A DNA stretch of 64,000 bases from Candidatus Krumholzibacteriota bacterium (GTDB taxonomy: Bacteria; Krumholzibacteriota; Krumholzibacteriia; JAJRXK01). The DNA is taken from NCBI GenBank assembly GCA_963764625.1, contig CAVXTH010000009.1, forward strand, positions 64,001 through 128,000. The letters run 5' to 3'. Shown in pieces: positions 38,700-48,988 of the stretch. Positions within the stretch are counted from its first letter, which is position 1. Every line of letters begins with the position of its first letter. The translations under genes and the position numbers were made by a program. The notes beneath the pieces are model-generated. The model saw nothing but the letters and a program-made list of their open reading frames with translations. It was not told the origin of the DNA and did not search any database.

Positions 38700-39589
38700 T
38701 TTCGCTCCCTCTGTAGCCTGAGCTGAACCATGGTGGCCAAGAGCGTGACGATGAGCAGGAGAACCGCGATGGTGGAGGAGATTCCCATGCGCCACCAACG
38801 GAAGCCCTCTTCGTACATCAGCAGAACGACACTCCGGGTCGCTCCCAACGGACCGCCCTGGGTCATGACATAGGGTTCGGCGAAGAGTTGGAAATAACCG
38901 ATCATCGTCGTCACCCCAACAAAAAGGAGGGTTGGCCGCAGACTGGGCAGCGTCACGAAGCGGAAGCACCACCAGGGACCGGCCCCGTCGATGGAGGCCG
39001 CTTCATAGAGTTCTTCGGGGATGGTTTGCAAGCCGGCCAGGAAGATGAGCATGTTGTACCCGAAGTTTTTCCAGACTGCCAAAAGGATGATCGCGGGCAT
39101 TGCCCAGTGCGGATCGCCCAGCCAGTCGATGGCCCCAATTCCCAGCCACTGCAGCGCCTGGTTGAGGAGCCCATACTGCGGATGATAGAGGTATCTCCAG
39201 ATGATGGAGACAGCGACCAGGGAGGTCACCACTGGAGCAAAGTAGATCGTCCGGAACAACCATCTCATGCGCACCAGTTTTGAGTGCAAGGTCAGCGCCG
39301 CAGCGAGCGACACCGAGACCGCTAAGGGTCCCCCCACCACGACGAAGTACAGGGTATTTCGCAGTGCCTGCCAGAAGACATGATTGTGCAACATCTCCAA
39401 GTAGTTTTGCAGGCCGACGAATCTCGCATTACCGATGGAAGCCAGCGCGTAAATATCGAAGTCGGTGAGGCTCAGCAAAAGACCGAAAGCTACCGGCAAC
39501 ACGAAAAATACACAGATCAACAAAATGGCGGGTGCGAGGAAGAGCCAAGCGGATCGAGACTGCTGCTTCTGGAGGTAACCCGCCATCAT
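38696..39589 (-). CDS. Carbohydrate ABC transporter permease (MalF-like)
   Basis: ATG 39589 (ATGA overlap); 'FVGLQNY', 'FWQALRNT', 'LAGLQTIPEELYEAASIDGAG'. Confidence 0.93.
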   Translation of the reverse strand: MMAGYLQKQQSRSAWLFLAPAILLICVFFVLPVAFGLLLSLTDFDIYALASIGNARFVGLQNYLEMLHNHVFWQALRNTLYFVVVGGPLAVSVSLAAALTLHSKLVRMRWLFRTIYFAPVVTSLVAVSIIWRYLYHPQYGLLNQALQWLGIGAIDWLGDPHWAMPAIILLAVWKNFGYNMLIFLAGLQTIPEELYEAASIDGAGPWWCFRFVTLPSLRPTLLFVGVTTMIGYFQLFAEPYVMTQGGPLGATRSVVLLMYEEGFRWWRMGISSTIAVLLLIVTLLATMVQLRLQRERK

Positions 39590-40983
39590 CTTCCCTGGAG
39601 TGCATGGGGAGACGATGTGCCCGGTCGATTTCGCAGCCATCGTCGTTTCTGCAGGATACGATCCACCTCGCGGTCGAGTTCAACCAGTGCCGAATCCGGT
39701 TCGGTCACTCCGCGGATCGCTTTCTCGGCATATTCCTGTACTCGTACCGCAATCAGCTCCCATTCGGGCACTGCCGGTAGGGGGATTGCTCTGTGGAGTT
39801 GGATCCAAAAGGCCCTGGTTTTCTCTCCTTCGGCCAGGCCGCCGTCCTTCCATGCTTCCAGTTTTGCCGGAAGATCACCGCTGAGCTCGTAGAAGCGCAA
39901 CTGGTTTTCGGGCCTCGAGAGGAACTCCACGAGCTTCCACGCGGCATCGCCATGACGGGATCTCTTGAAGACAACGAGACTGGCGCCGCCGGCCAAAGAT
40001 ACTCCGGGATGGCCGGGCGATGGACCTGGGAGGGGGGCCGTACCCCAGGCGTCCTGCAGCTCCTCGGGTAATCGATGTTGGAACTCGGATAGATTCCAAG
40101 GTCCCGTGATGTACATGGCGAAGAGACCCTTCGCGAATTCTTGGTAGAGATTCGCGATCTCATTGTTACCGACTGGTGGAGCGAGGCCCCGTTCGAAAAT
40201 ATCGTAATAGAAGTGGAAGGCATCGCGGAAACGCGGGGCAGAAAAAGCTCCCCGGGTGAAGTCGTCGACCAAGAGCGGCGACCCCTCTTGCAGACCGAAG
40301 ATCACAGCCTGCGTCCATTCGTTCAGAGGCAGGAAGATCGCGTAGCGATCGGGTCCCACGGAGTTGCGGACCGCTTCCATCGCCTTGATCCATCCGGCCC
40401 AATCACCAGGCATGGAATCAAAACCAGCCTGGGCCAGGACGTCCTTTCGGTAAAACAGAAGTCGGGTATCCACGTACCATGGAACTCCCCATGTCACTCC
40501 GTCGATGACGTTTGTGCGCCAGATGCCTTCGAAGTAGTCATGGGGAGCGATCCCGGGCGTTGTAGCAATATGTGAGTCCAATTCTTCCAAAGCGCCCAGA
40601 GCGGCGAACTCGGCAATCCACGTATTTCCGAGCTGCGCCAGATCAGGGGTCGCGCGGCCCACAAAGGCGGTGAGAAGTTTCTCGTGCGCTGCGGACCACG
40701 GAATCTGTTGAACGTCCACCTCGATCCCTGGGTTATCCTTCTCGAAGATTGCGACCAATTCTTGGACCAGTTCGCCCTCACGCCCCATCACCCAGAAACG
40801 AAGCCTGGTCGTGGGCGACGATGTCGAGCTCCCGCACCCGAGTGCGAGAAACAGTACTATTGCGGACAGCCCCAAGGAGAGGAATCGGCGGCGCGAGCCG
40901 ATCTTCCCGTACCCGATTGAGGGTAATCTGGGCAAAAAAATCACCGAGCCCTGAGGGCCTGGAGCGAGGACGACAGCTACCAT
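39586..40983 (-). CDS. Sugar ABC transporter substrate-binding lipoprotein
   Basis: Lipobox ALGC; 'QQIPWSAAHEKLLTA', 'PDLAQLGNTW', 'VPWYVDTRLLFYRKD', 'MYITGPWN'. Start uncertain. Confidence 0.92.
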   Translation of the reverse strand: MVAVVLAPGPQGSVIFLPRLPSIGYGKIGSRRRFLSLGLSAIVLFLALGCGSSTSSPTTRLRFWVMGREGELVQELVAIFEKDNPGIEVDVQQIPWSAAHEKLLTAFVGRATPDLAQLGNTWIAEFAALGALEELDSHIATTPGIAPHDYFEGIWRTNVIDGVTWGVPWYVDTRLLFYRKDVLAQAGFDSMPGDWAGWIKAMEAVRNSVGPDRYAIFLPLNEWTQAVIFGLQEGSPLLVDDFTRGAFSAPRFRDAFHFYYDIFERGLAPPVGNNEIANLYQEFAKGLFAMYITGPWNLSEFQHRLPEELQDAWGTAPLPGPSPGHPGVSLAGGASLVVFKRSRHGDAAWKLVEFLSRPENQLRFYELSGDLPAKLEAWKDGGLAEGEKTRAFWIQLHRAIPLPAVPEWELIAVRVQEYAEKAIRGVTEPDSALVELDREVDRILQKRRWLRNRPGTSSPHALQGR

Positions 40984-41046
40984 GGCGGCGCATCCGAGAG
41001 CAATGACCGAGGATGGCCAGCGGAACTAATGGCTGCCAGAGGCGCG

Positions 41047-41060
41047 TGTAAACAGTTACA
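41047..41060. promoter_or_regulatory. Putative LacI operator 2 (ABC/GH94 divergent region)
   Basis: (G)TGTAAACAGTTACA(C); TTGACA on the minus strand at 41075-41080. Confidence 0.7.
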
Positions 41061-41130
41061 CTACTGCAATTGCTTGTCAAGACGGTGGCAAGCCCGGTGT
41101 CCCCAGACCGAATCATGGCGGGAGAACTGG

Positions 41131-44100
41131 ATGGCTTTCCGTTTGCCTGGATTCTCGAGAGGTCCAACGGTCCACCGCCTGAGCAACGGGCGATATAGAG
41201 TCGAGATCGACTCTCGCGGCGCGGGTTGCTCGTCCTTGGGAGAGCTGTGCCTCAGCGGGAGTTCGAGCGGGGCGGAAGCCTATCCGAAGGGGCTCTTTCT
41301 CTATCTGCGAGATCTCGACCAGAATCGGGTCTGGTCTGTCGGGCTCGAGCCGGTGTCCGCCTTACCCTCCAAGTACGAGATCGAGAGAAGTTCCAAGCTG
41401 TTCGCGATTTCGCGTACTGATGGCGCAATCCACTCTCGTATGGAGATCTGTGTTGCTCCCAAGCACGATGCTGAACTTCGAAACCTTCGCATCACGAACA
41501 CCGGTGCTCAAACCAGATCGCTGGAATTGACCTCCTATGACGAGGTTGTTCTTCAGTATCCCGCGGACCATGAATCTCACCCGGCATTCTCGAAGCTCTT
41601 TCTCCAGACAGAGTTCGTATCTGAGCAAGCAGCGTTGCTCGTCCGTCGCCGCCCGCGATCACCCAATGAGGATTATCCGTTGTTGGTGCACGCCCTTTTC
41701 GGCAGCGATGTGCACGAATACGAGTCGGATCGCGCGCGCTTCTTGGGGCGCCGTCGTTACCCGGCCGAGGCCCGCGCTCTTCGAACATCTAATGCTCTGT
41801 CGGCGAGCACGGGCAACGTTCTCGATCCCATCGTATCTCTGCGAACGCGGTTTCGGTTGAAAGCGGGAGAGAGTATTGAGATCTGTCTGTTGCTGGGCGC
41901 CGCGTCGAACCGGGAGGATGCGCTGGCCCTGCGGGATGTCCATGCCTCGACCCAAGTCCGCGAGGCGATCTTCGAGGAAGCGCGCTCCGAGCCAATGGCG
42001 AGAGAGACCCTGCTTGACGTGAGTTTGCCATCTGGGGATGGGAGCCAAAAACAGGGCCACCCGGCATCCACCGGAACTCATCAGCCAGCCGCGGAAGATA
42101 ACGGCGACGATGAAGAGCCCCTCCTCTTCTTCAACGGTTACGGTGGTTTCAGCGAGAGCGGAAGTGAATATGTGATTCGTCTCCCGTGGCGGCATGGGGA
42201 GGGTCTGCTGTATCCACCGCAGCCCTGGATCAATATCCTGTCGAACGAGAATTTCGGGTCACTGCTCAGCGAATCTGGGGCGGGGTATACCTGGGCAGGC
42301 AACAGCCGTCTTCGAAGGCTAACCCCTTGGCGGAACGACCCGGTCGTGGATCCCCACAGCGAAGTCTTCTATGTTCGGGACGAGGACGACGGATCGTATG
42401 GATCGCCATTTCCCGGTCCCGTGCCGTTTCCTGCTTCTTACGAGGTGCGCCACGGATTCGGATACACGCTCTGCCGCGTGCGACACGATGGGATGCAGTA
42501 CGAGACGACTGCGTTCGTTGCCAGGAAGGATCCAGTGCGCTTTGTGCGGATCCGGGTGAGTAATGGTACTGAACGCACGAGGCATCTCTCCCTGCTCGGA
42601 TACTGCCAGCTCGTCATGGGTGATACCCTTGCTGGACAAGGCCGCCACGTATCGGTCGAAACCAGCGGTGTTGAGGGTCGACTCTTTGCTCAAGGCGCCT
42701 GCGATGCGGGCGAGCTCCCATTATATGCCTTCGCTGATCTTGTCGTGGATTCTCCCGATGTGAAGATCAGCGCCACCGCAGACCATCAGGCCTGCTTTGC
42801 GCAGCAGGTCTCCTTCGAACTCGAGAAGGGGGCAAGTGCCACAGTAGTTTTCATTCTGGGTGGAGGCGCAGACAAGAAGGAACTCGATACTCTGAGTGAT
42901 CGATATTCCACATTGACCGAAGTGGACGCTGCGCAAGAGGAGGTTCGATCGTTCTGGAAACAGCAACTCTCAACGGTCCGTATCTCCACTCCTTCGCCCG
43001 AACTCGACCTCATGATCAACGGTTGGCTTCCCTACCAGACTCTGAGCTGCAGACTGTGGGCCCGTTCCGCCCTCTATCAATCGGGAGGTGCGTTCGGTTT
43101 CCGAGACCAGCTGCAGGACGCCTCGTCGCTGACGCATGTCGCGCCTGAAGTCTCGAGGGCGCAAATTCTGCTGCACGCGACTCACCAGTTTCTCGAGGGT
43201 GATGTGCTGCACTGGTGGCATCCGCCGCATGATCGAGGAATTCGTACCCATTTCGTGGACGATCTGATCTGGCTACCTCACTTGAGCGCGCATTATGTCG
43301 AAACCACTGGCGACGCGGGAATCCTGACCGAGGAAATCCCCTTTCTTAGCGGACCCGCCGTGCCGGAGGGAGAGGATGAAATTTATATCAGTCCCGAGCC
43401 CTCCGGGAGCAGCGCGGATCTGTACGAACACTGCTGTCGTGCACTGGATCGATCCCTGGCAACTGGTCCACACGGACTTCCTCTGTTCGGGACAGGGGAT
43501 TGGAACGATGGCATGAACCGCGTGGGCCGGCTTGGGCGAGGTGAAAGTACCTGGATGGGATTCTTCCTCTACCTCACTCTTGGTCAGTTCCTGCGCTACT
43601 GTGAGCAGAGAGGGGACACGACCCGCGTACGCGAGTATCGCCGGCACCGGGATCAACTGCTGGGAGCCCTCAACGAGGGGGGCTGGGATGGAGAATGGTA
43701 TCGCCGCGGATTCTACGACGATGGCACTCCGCTGGGGTCGGCGAAGAGCGAAGAATGCCGGATCGATGGTCTGGCGCAAGCGTGGTCTGTTCTCTCCGGG
43801 GTGGCTCCCCCCGAGCGGGCGGAGCAAGCTCTCCAAGCGGCGGATGCGCTGCTCGTATCCGAGGAAGACGGACTGATCCGGCTGCTGACTCCGCCCTTCG
43901 CCGAGACTTCGCATGATCCCGGGTACATCAAGGGCTATGTCCTTGGAGTTCGCGAGAATGGGGGCCAGTACACCCATGCAGCTCTCTGGTTGGTGAGTGC
44001 CATGGCACGCCTCAAGAAGCGAGATCGGGTCGCTTGTCTTCTCGATCTCCTCAATCCAATCCAGCACGCGCTCACACCCGAGCAGGTTGACTTGTACCGA

Positions 44101-44493
44101 GTGGAGCCCTATGTCGTGGCCGCCGACATCTACGGCGCGGCGCCCCATGTTGGTAGGGGAGGGTGGAGCTGGTACACAGGTTCGTCGGGTTGGATGTCGC
44201 GGGTGATACTGGAGTCGCTCTTGGGACTGAGAATCATTGGAGGCAAATCACTGCACGTGGACCCATGCATTCCCGATGATTGGCCGGGATTCACCATCGA
44301 GTACCGTCCTCTGGGCGGCACGACCCGCTACTCGATCGAAGTGGAAAACCCTATGGGCACGGCCGAGATTCTGCATGAGGTCTGGATGGACGGTACGCTT
44401 CTCTTCCGATCGGTGGAGGCTTGTCGGATCCCTCTGCTGAGTGATGGCGGCTTGCATTCGGTGCGCATCGAGATGGGGCCTGCCAGCGCCTGA
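41131..44493 (+). CDS. GH94 phosphorylase resembling the C-terminal region of cyclic beta-1,2-glucan synthase (Cgs/NdvB)
   Basis: Two N-terminal GH94 supersandwich units ('LSNGRY...HPAFSKLF', 'PQPWINIL...RLTPWRND...VRHGFGY'); 'YQSGGAFGFRDQLQD', 'GTGDWNDGMN', 'GVRENGGQYTH', 'GGWSWYTGS'; no signal peptide. Start moved from 41029 to 41131. Confidence 0.9.
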   Translation: MAFRLPGFSRGPTVHRLSNGRYRVEIDSRGAGCSSLGELCLSGSSSGAEAYPKGLFLYLRDLDQNRVWSVGLEPVSALPSKYEIERSSKLFAISRTDGAIHSRMEICVAPKHDAELRNLRITNTGAQTRSLELTSYDEVVLQYPADHESHPAFSKLFLQTEFVSEQAALLVRRRPRSPNEDYPLLVHALFGSDVHEYESDRARFLGRRRYPAEARALRTSNALSASTGNVLDPIVSLRTRFRLKAGESIEICLLLGAASNREDALALRDVHASTQVREAIFEEARSEPMARETLLDVSLPSGDGSQKQGHPASTGTHQPAAEDNGDDEEPLLFFNGYGGFSESGSEYVIRLPWRHGEGLLYPPQPWINILSNENFGSLLSESGAGYTWAGNSRLRRLTPWRNDPVVDPHSEVFYVRDEDDGSYGSPFPGPVPFPASYEVRHGFGYTLCRVRHDGMQYETTAFVARKDPVRFVRIRVSNGTERTRHLSLLGYCQLVMGDTLAGQGRHVSVETSGVEGRLFAQGACDAGELPLYAFADLVVDSPDVKISATADHQACFAQQVSFELEKGASATVVFILGGGADKKELDTLSDRYSTLTEVDAAQEEVRSFWKQQLSTVRISTPSPELDLMINGWLPYQTLSCRLWARSALYQSGGAFGFRDQLQDASSLTHVAPEVSRAQILLHATHQFLEGDVLHWWHPPHDRGIRTHFVDDLIWLPHLSAHYVETTGDAGILTEEIPFLSGPAVPEGEDEIYISPEPSGSSADLYEHCCRALDRSLATGPHGLPLFGTGDWNDGMNRVGRLGRGESTWMGFFLYLTLGQFLRYCEQRGDTTRVREYRRHRDQLLGALNEGGWDGEWYRRGFYDDGTPLGSAKSEECRIDGLAQAWSVLSGVAPPERAEQALQAADALLVSEEDGLIRLLTPPFAETSHDPGYIKGYVLGVRENGGQYTHAALWLVSAMARLKKRDRVACLLDLLNPIQHALTPEQVDLYRVEPYVVAADIYGAAPHVGRGGWSWYTGSSGWMSRVILESLLGLRIIGGKSLHVDPCIPDDWPGFTIEYRPLGGTTRYSIEVENPMGTAEILHEVWMDGTLLFRSVEACRIPLLSDGGLHSVRIEMGPASA

Positions 44494-44558
44494 CTCTCGT
44501 TCGCGGGGTTGGGAAGATCGGTGTGAACAGTTTGAGTCCAGCGTGGGCGCGTGTGATC

Positions 44559-46049
44559 TCACCGATCGGAAGTAGCTTCCTCCAGCCAGCCACCGCTGAA
44601 GCCCGCGGCGCGCAAGCCGTGAATCAACTGTGAGTTCTTGCGCAGCAACCGCCAGATGAGGCCGCTGCGATAGTTCTCCACCATGATCAAGATCGGTCCC
44701 TCATCGATACCGAGATAGTCGACATCGATCCAACCGTACCGTGGATCGACCCTTCCGTGTTGAACATGGGTGTGAAACCGGAAGCTCGGATTGAATGCAT
44801 CCAGGAAACCATACTCCGAGAACAGGGACCCGTCATGAACATTCCTCAGATCCAAGAGGGTGGGAATGACGATCTCCGGCGCGAAGGCGATGGAGGCCGC
44901 GGCGGCCGAAGGAGAAATCGTACCATCATCACGAATGTCGGTGAATGAGACACCACGAGCCCAGTAGGTGTGGAACTGCCTCTCCTGGCCGGCCACGGTT
45001 CCCTTGAATTCCAACGGACCATCGCACGCCGTCCACCCCCAGCAGAGAGCGCCGTATCCATCCCAAGCTTCCGGATTTTCGATGCCGTACTTTTGCTGCG
45101 CGTAAGTCGCTCGTCGCGAGTTTTCGAAATAGTCGATTCCCCGCCCTCGCATGTACTCGTCTTGGATTCCTCTCAGATCGATCCAGCACTGAGTGTACTG
45201 ATGTCCAAAGAGTGGGGGGAATCCGAGGTGCTCCTCGCCTTGGAATGTTCCCCAGCGATAGCCGGAGGTCCAAGCCGACCAGGCCTGCGGTGAAACGGGG
45301 TGGCTTGGGGAGCCCAATGCGAGGAGATAGAGCAGCATGGCTTCGTTGTAGCCGCGCCAGTCATAGGGGAGGTACCCGTTCTCGGGCGTCCATCCGTGAC
45401 CGATGGTAGGAGGACGAACCGATGCCCACTGCCAATCCACGCGCTCATAGAGGTGAGTGGCGAGGGTTCTGATGCTGTCCTCTGCCGCGCTATTTCCGTC
45501 GAAGTAGGCCTGGCAGCTCAGTGCTCCGGCCACAAGAAGTGCAGTGTCTACTGTCGAGAGCTCCACTTTCTCGAATCGAGTCCCGGTAGCGGGATCCAGG
45601 AAGTGGTAGTAGAAACCACGATAGCCCGTACTTGATTGTGATGAATCCTGGGAGGATTCCCAGAAGAAGCGCAATGTGTTCAGGGCTCTCCGCGCGGCTC
45701 GTTCGCGAGAAACGTATCCCCGGTGGACCCCGATTGGATAGGCGGTCAGCGCGAACCCGGTGGCGGCCACGCTGGCAAAGGAGTGAGTCGGCCAGCGATC
45801 CGGGGTCAGACCGGTCTTGGAGTCACTGAGCTCCCAGAAATAACGGAAGGTCCGTTCTTCCAGGGAATCGAGAAAGGCAACGCTAGCGCTGGAGAGATCC
45901 ATCCCCCGCTCGGAGGCGGTCCTCCCCGCGAAGGATTTGTCTGAGCTGCCTACATTCGAACAGGCAGTGGGGATGATTCCAAGGAGAAGTGCTGAGAGGG
46001 CCATCCCTGCCCAGAACCTCGAACTGCGCTGTGGTCTCCTGGATGACAT
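44559..46049 (-). CDS. GH144-like (glucoamylase/DUF3131) beta-1,2-glucanase, lipoprotein
   Basis: Signal with PTAC lipobox; 'TFRYFWE...GLTPDRWP', 'GFYYHFLD', 'ELSTVDTALL', 'GYNEAMLLY', 'PLFGHQY', 'WGWTACDGP', 'YLGIDEGP'. Confidence 0.87.
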   Translation of the reverse strand: MSSRRPQRSSRFWAGMALSALLLGIIPTACSNVGSSDKSFAGRTASERGMDLSSASVAFLDSLEERTFRYFWELSDSKTGLTPDRWPTHSFASVAATGFALTAYPIGVHRGYVSRERAARRALNTLRFFWESSQDSSQSSTGYRGFYYHFLDPATGTRFEKVELSTVDTALLVAGALSCQAYFDGNSAAEDSIRTLATHLYERVDWQWASVRPPTIGHGWTPENGYLPYDWRGYNEAMLLYLLALGSPSHPVSPQAWSAWTSGYRWGTFQGEEHLGFPPLFGHQYTQCWIDLRGIQDEYMRGRGIDYFENSRRATYAQQKYGIENPEAWDGYGALCWGWTACDGPLEFKGTVAGQERQFHTYWARGVSFTDIRDDGTISPSAAAASIAFAPEIVIPTLLDLRNVHDGSLFSEYGFLDAFNPSFRFHTHVQHGRVDPRYGWIDVDYLGIDEGPILIMVENYRSGLIWRLLRKNSQLIHGLRAAGFSGGWLEEATSDR

Positions 46050-46191
46050 TTCCTGTACCTTTTTCGCAGGAAGCGGACTCATCGCCACGCTGAGGGTAGA
46101 GGCAGACTCCCGCCTTGTATATAGCCCGCGTCGTGTTTATCGAGGGAGCTTGATAGGAGAACCTGGGGCCTCTATCCTACCTCTGGGAACC

Positions 46192-47127
46192 ATGAAACGT
46201 TTTCGACTCATTCGCTATGCCTTCTATGTGCTCGTGATCGCGGTTCTCTTTCTTTTGAGGGGAACGAGTCACCTGGAGGTTTGGAAGAACCACCTATTTG
46301 GGCCGGTGAAAAACGATCTCGTGCTATCAGGTACCGAATTGGCGCCCGAACTGATTCAGCACCTCACGACGAGCTATCGTCGGGACTATCCGGAAATCAA
46401 CCTGGAATTGCGAGGGGGAGGAAGCGCTCGCGCTCTGGACGATCTGCTCCATGGCGATGCTGATGTCGCATTCCTCATCCGCCCCCCTCTCCCTCGCGAG
46501 CAAGAGATCTTTCGCGCCGCGACCGGAGATAGCGTCGACTACCAGGCGATCGCGCTGGGTGGTATCGCGTTGCTGAGAAACAGCGCATCCCAGCCCACCC
46601 ACCTGGGCCCGCAGGATTTGCGGACGCTACTGGGCGGCCAAAGTACTCCAGGATCTTTCCGCCGTGTCTACGCGCCCGATCCCAATTCGGGGCTCTGGAC
46701 CGCATTCGAGGATCAACTGTATGAGGGCGGCAAGGCCCCCGAATGGAAGGGAAAGGTAGAATTTCTCGCCGATGAAGAGAGTGTGGTCGAGGCGATCCTG
46801 AATGATCCGGAGGCGGTGGGTGTAGTGAGTACGCTCAACACACATCTCGCGGATCTGCCCGAAGGAATCGGAACCATTTCCCTGCGCGTCGACGCCGAAG
46901 GGCCGAATCGAGAGCCTCTGCGTGAAGAAATCGCTGACGGATCGTATCCGTTCTATCATTATCTCTACGCCGGTCTCCGCGGGGATGGCAATGTTCAGGC
47001 GAGAAAGTTCCTCAGTTATCTCAGCAGTGATTCCGGGCAGCGTGGAGTCGAGCGCGCGGGGTATCTCCCGCAACGCCGGGTACTACGTGAGGTCCATCTC
47101 TCGAGGAAAGCAATTGGCGAGGAATGA
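46192..47127 (+). CDS. PstS-like periplasmic binding-domain protein
   Basis: N-terminal TM; 'LSGTELAPELIQHL...YP', 'GGGSARALDDL', 'DPNSG', 'IADGSYPF', 'FLSYLSSDSGQ'; no pstCAB in the window. Confidence 0.75.
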   Translation: MKRFRLIRYAFYVLVIAVLFLLRGTSHLEVWKNHLFGPVKNDLVLSGTELAPELIQHLTTSYRRDYPEINLELRGGGSARALDDLLHGDADVAFLIRPPLPREQEIFRAATGDSVDYQAIALGGIALLRNSASQPTHLGPQDLRTLLGGQSTPGSFRRVYAPDPNSGLWTAFEDQLYEGGKAPEWKGKVEFLADEESVVEAILNDPEAVGVVSTLNTHLADLPEGIGTISLRVDAEGPNREPLREEIADGSYPFYHYLYAGLRGDGNVQARKFLSYLSSDSGQRGVERAGYLPQRRVLREVHLSRKAIGEE

Positions 47128-47128
47128 T

Positions 47129-48943
47129 ATGAACACCCGTATTTCAGTCCTGATCCTCGTAATCCTGTGCTGGGTCCTGCCCAGCAAGGTGCTCGCCCAG
47201 AAGCACAATTACACTTTCGACGAGGACCCTGTTCGTCTGGGTGGAAAGGCACTTCAGAAGGGTGAACTCCAAAAGGCGAAGGAGTACTTCGAGGCTGCAC
47301 TTAAGTCTGAGTACCATCCCGACCAAGCACACTATGGGCTGGCAAAGGTAGCGGTCTGGCAAGGACGCTACGAAGACGCCGAGCCTCATTTGCGGATAGC
47401 CTTGGAGCTTCATCAGACGCAAGAACATGGAGATTACCCAGAGGCAAGGGCAGCTCTCGCATTGCTTCTGCTGCGTTTCGGGCGCGATGAGGAAGCAGAG
47501 GGCGAATTGAAAGCGGCGCTGAAAGAGAAACCTGATCTCTGGGATGCGCAGTATTGCCTGGCGCGCCTTTCACTCAAACGCAAGGACTGGAACAGAGCGC
47601 TGAAGGAGTTGGAAAATGGCGCCAAGCTGAAGGGTGTTCAGGAAGGCGAAGACAAATACCACTTCGGAATGGCGCTCTACTCGATGGCAAAGAACGATCT
47701 GGACTCCGCGGAGAAGGATGCTCTGACCGCTTTCCACTTGAATCCCGCCGACCCCGAGTACGGAGTACTCGTGGGGGAAATCTACCAAAAGAAAAAAGTG
47801 CCTACGCTAGCGATTTCGGCATTCGAGACGGTCCTCAAAAGCCCGGAAGTTCACAAGACCGCGCCGATGCTCCATACCCTGGGTGGCCTCTATCGTAGTG
47901 TGGGTCGCTACGAGGAAGCGCGAGACAGTTACCTGGAGGCCGCTCGAGTCGATTCCACTTACGCGCCTGCCCTGAAAGATCTCGCCGATCTGTTCTACTC
48001 CGCGAAACAATACGACAACGCGGCCAAGACCTATCTCAGGTATGTGATGCTGGAACACGACGACCCGAAGGCCCTGTTGGCCCTTTCAGAGGCTTGCTAC
48101 CTCACGGCTCGTTTCGACCAGGCCGCGGAAGCAGCGGGGAACGCGTTGAAACTGAATCCTCAGGATCAGAAGGCCAAGTACGCATTCTTCAAGTCGGGGA
48201 TCCAGAGCCGCAATCCTGACACCAAGGCGCAGGCGGCAAAACTGTGGCCAGAACTCCGCGGTACGAAGGTGGAAGCCCCCGTGCTCGTCGCCCTGGGGGC
48301 GTATCAATCGCAGACAGGACAGTTCGCGCAAGCCCAGGCCACATTGGAATCCGCGCTAGCTGCCGAACCCCAACGGGCGGATGCCCACTTCCAATTGGGA
48401 GTGCTGGCCCTCAAAGTTCGCAAACCTCTCGAGGCCATCGCCCAGTTCGAGGCTGCGATCAAAAAAGAGCCCGACCAGCCGATCTATCACCTGAATCTGG
48501 GAATCGCCCACTTTCAGGCCAACCAGCTTCAGGAAGCCATCCCACCCATTCGAAGAGCTCTCGCCCTGAACGGCAAACTGACGGTCGGACGACTTCTACT
48601 GGCGCAGGCTCTTGCCGCCAGCGATTCGCTCGAGGAGGCGCAGGCGGAGTTCGGGCGGGTGCTGGACGCTGAACCCCAGAATCCCAAGGCCTTGCGTGGT
48701 CTGGGATACTGCCAAATACGCGCGAAGGACTTCAAGAAGGCCATCGCCACCTATGAAGCCGCCACTCGGGCCGACCCCAAGAGTGCCGATGGCTGGGCTG
48801 GTCTCGGCAACGCCCAGCTCAGCTTGCAACACTGGGATGCGGCCGAGGCGGCCTTTGAGAAATCACGAAAATTGGATCCCCGGAATGCAACCATGCTGAA
48901 GGGGGTGGAGCTGTTGAACGAAGCGCGCCCCCAGAACCACTAG
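47129..48943 (+). CDS. Exported multi-TPR protein
   Basis: Signal peptide ending VLA; continuous TPR repeats (AHYGLA, AHFQLG, YHLNLG, ALRGLG, GWAGLG). Confidence 0.9.
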   Translation: MNTRISVLILVILCWVLPSKVLAQKHNYTFDEDPVRLGGKALQKGELQKAKEYFEAALKSEYHPDQAHYGLAKVAVWQGRYEDAEPHLRIALELHQTQEHGDYPEARAALALLLLRFGRDEEAEGELKAALKEKPDLWDAQYCLARLSLKRKDWNRALKELENGAKLKGVQEGEDKYHFGMALYSMAKNDLDSAEKDALTAFHLNPADPEYGVLVGEIYQKKKVPTLAISAFETVLKSPEVHKTAPMLHTLGGLYRSVGRYEEARDSYLEAARVDSTYAPALKDLADLFYSAKQYDNAAKTYLRYVMLEHDDPKALLALSEACYLTARFDQAAEAAGNALKLNPQDQKAKYAFFKSGIQSRNPDTKAQAAKLWPELRGTKVEAPVLVALGAYQSQTGQFAQAQATLESALAAEPQRADAHFQLGVLALKVRKPLEAIAQFEAAIKKEPDQPIYHLNLGIAHFQANQLQEAIPPIRRALALNGKLTVGRLLLAQALAASDSLEEAQAEFGRVLDAEPQNPKALRGLGYCQIRAKDFKKAIATYEAATRADPKSADGWAGLGNAQLSLQHWDAAEAAFEKSRKLDPRNATMLKGVELLNEARPQNH

Positions 48944-48988
48944 GCTCATCTGCTCCAGGACTATCCTGTGGTTCTTGAGCGGGATGGG

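Noticed and set aside
41029-44493. Cyclic beta-1,2-glucan synthase (ndvB/cgs)
   Set aside because: Only the GH94 portion is present, without the synthase or membrane domains.
44522-44535. TGTGAACAGTTTGA as a fourth LacI site
   Set aside because: Four mismatches to the consensus, and it lies between convergent gene ends.
46192-47127. Phosphate ABC transporter (pstS)
   Set aside because: No pstCAB or phoU nearby, and the context is TPR/ExbBD/TonB, so no gene symbol was assigned.
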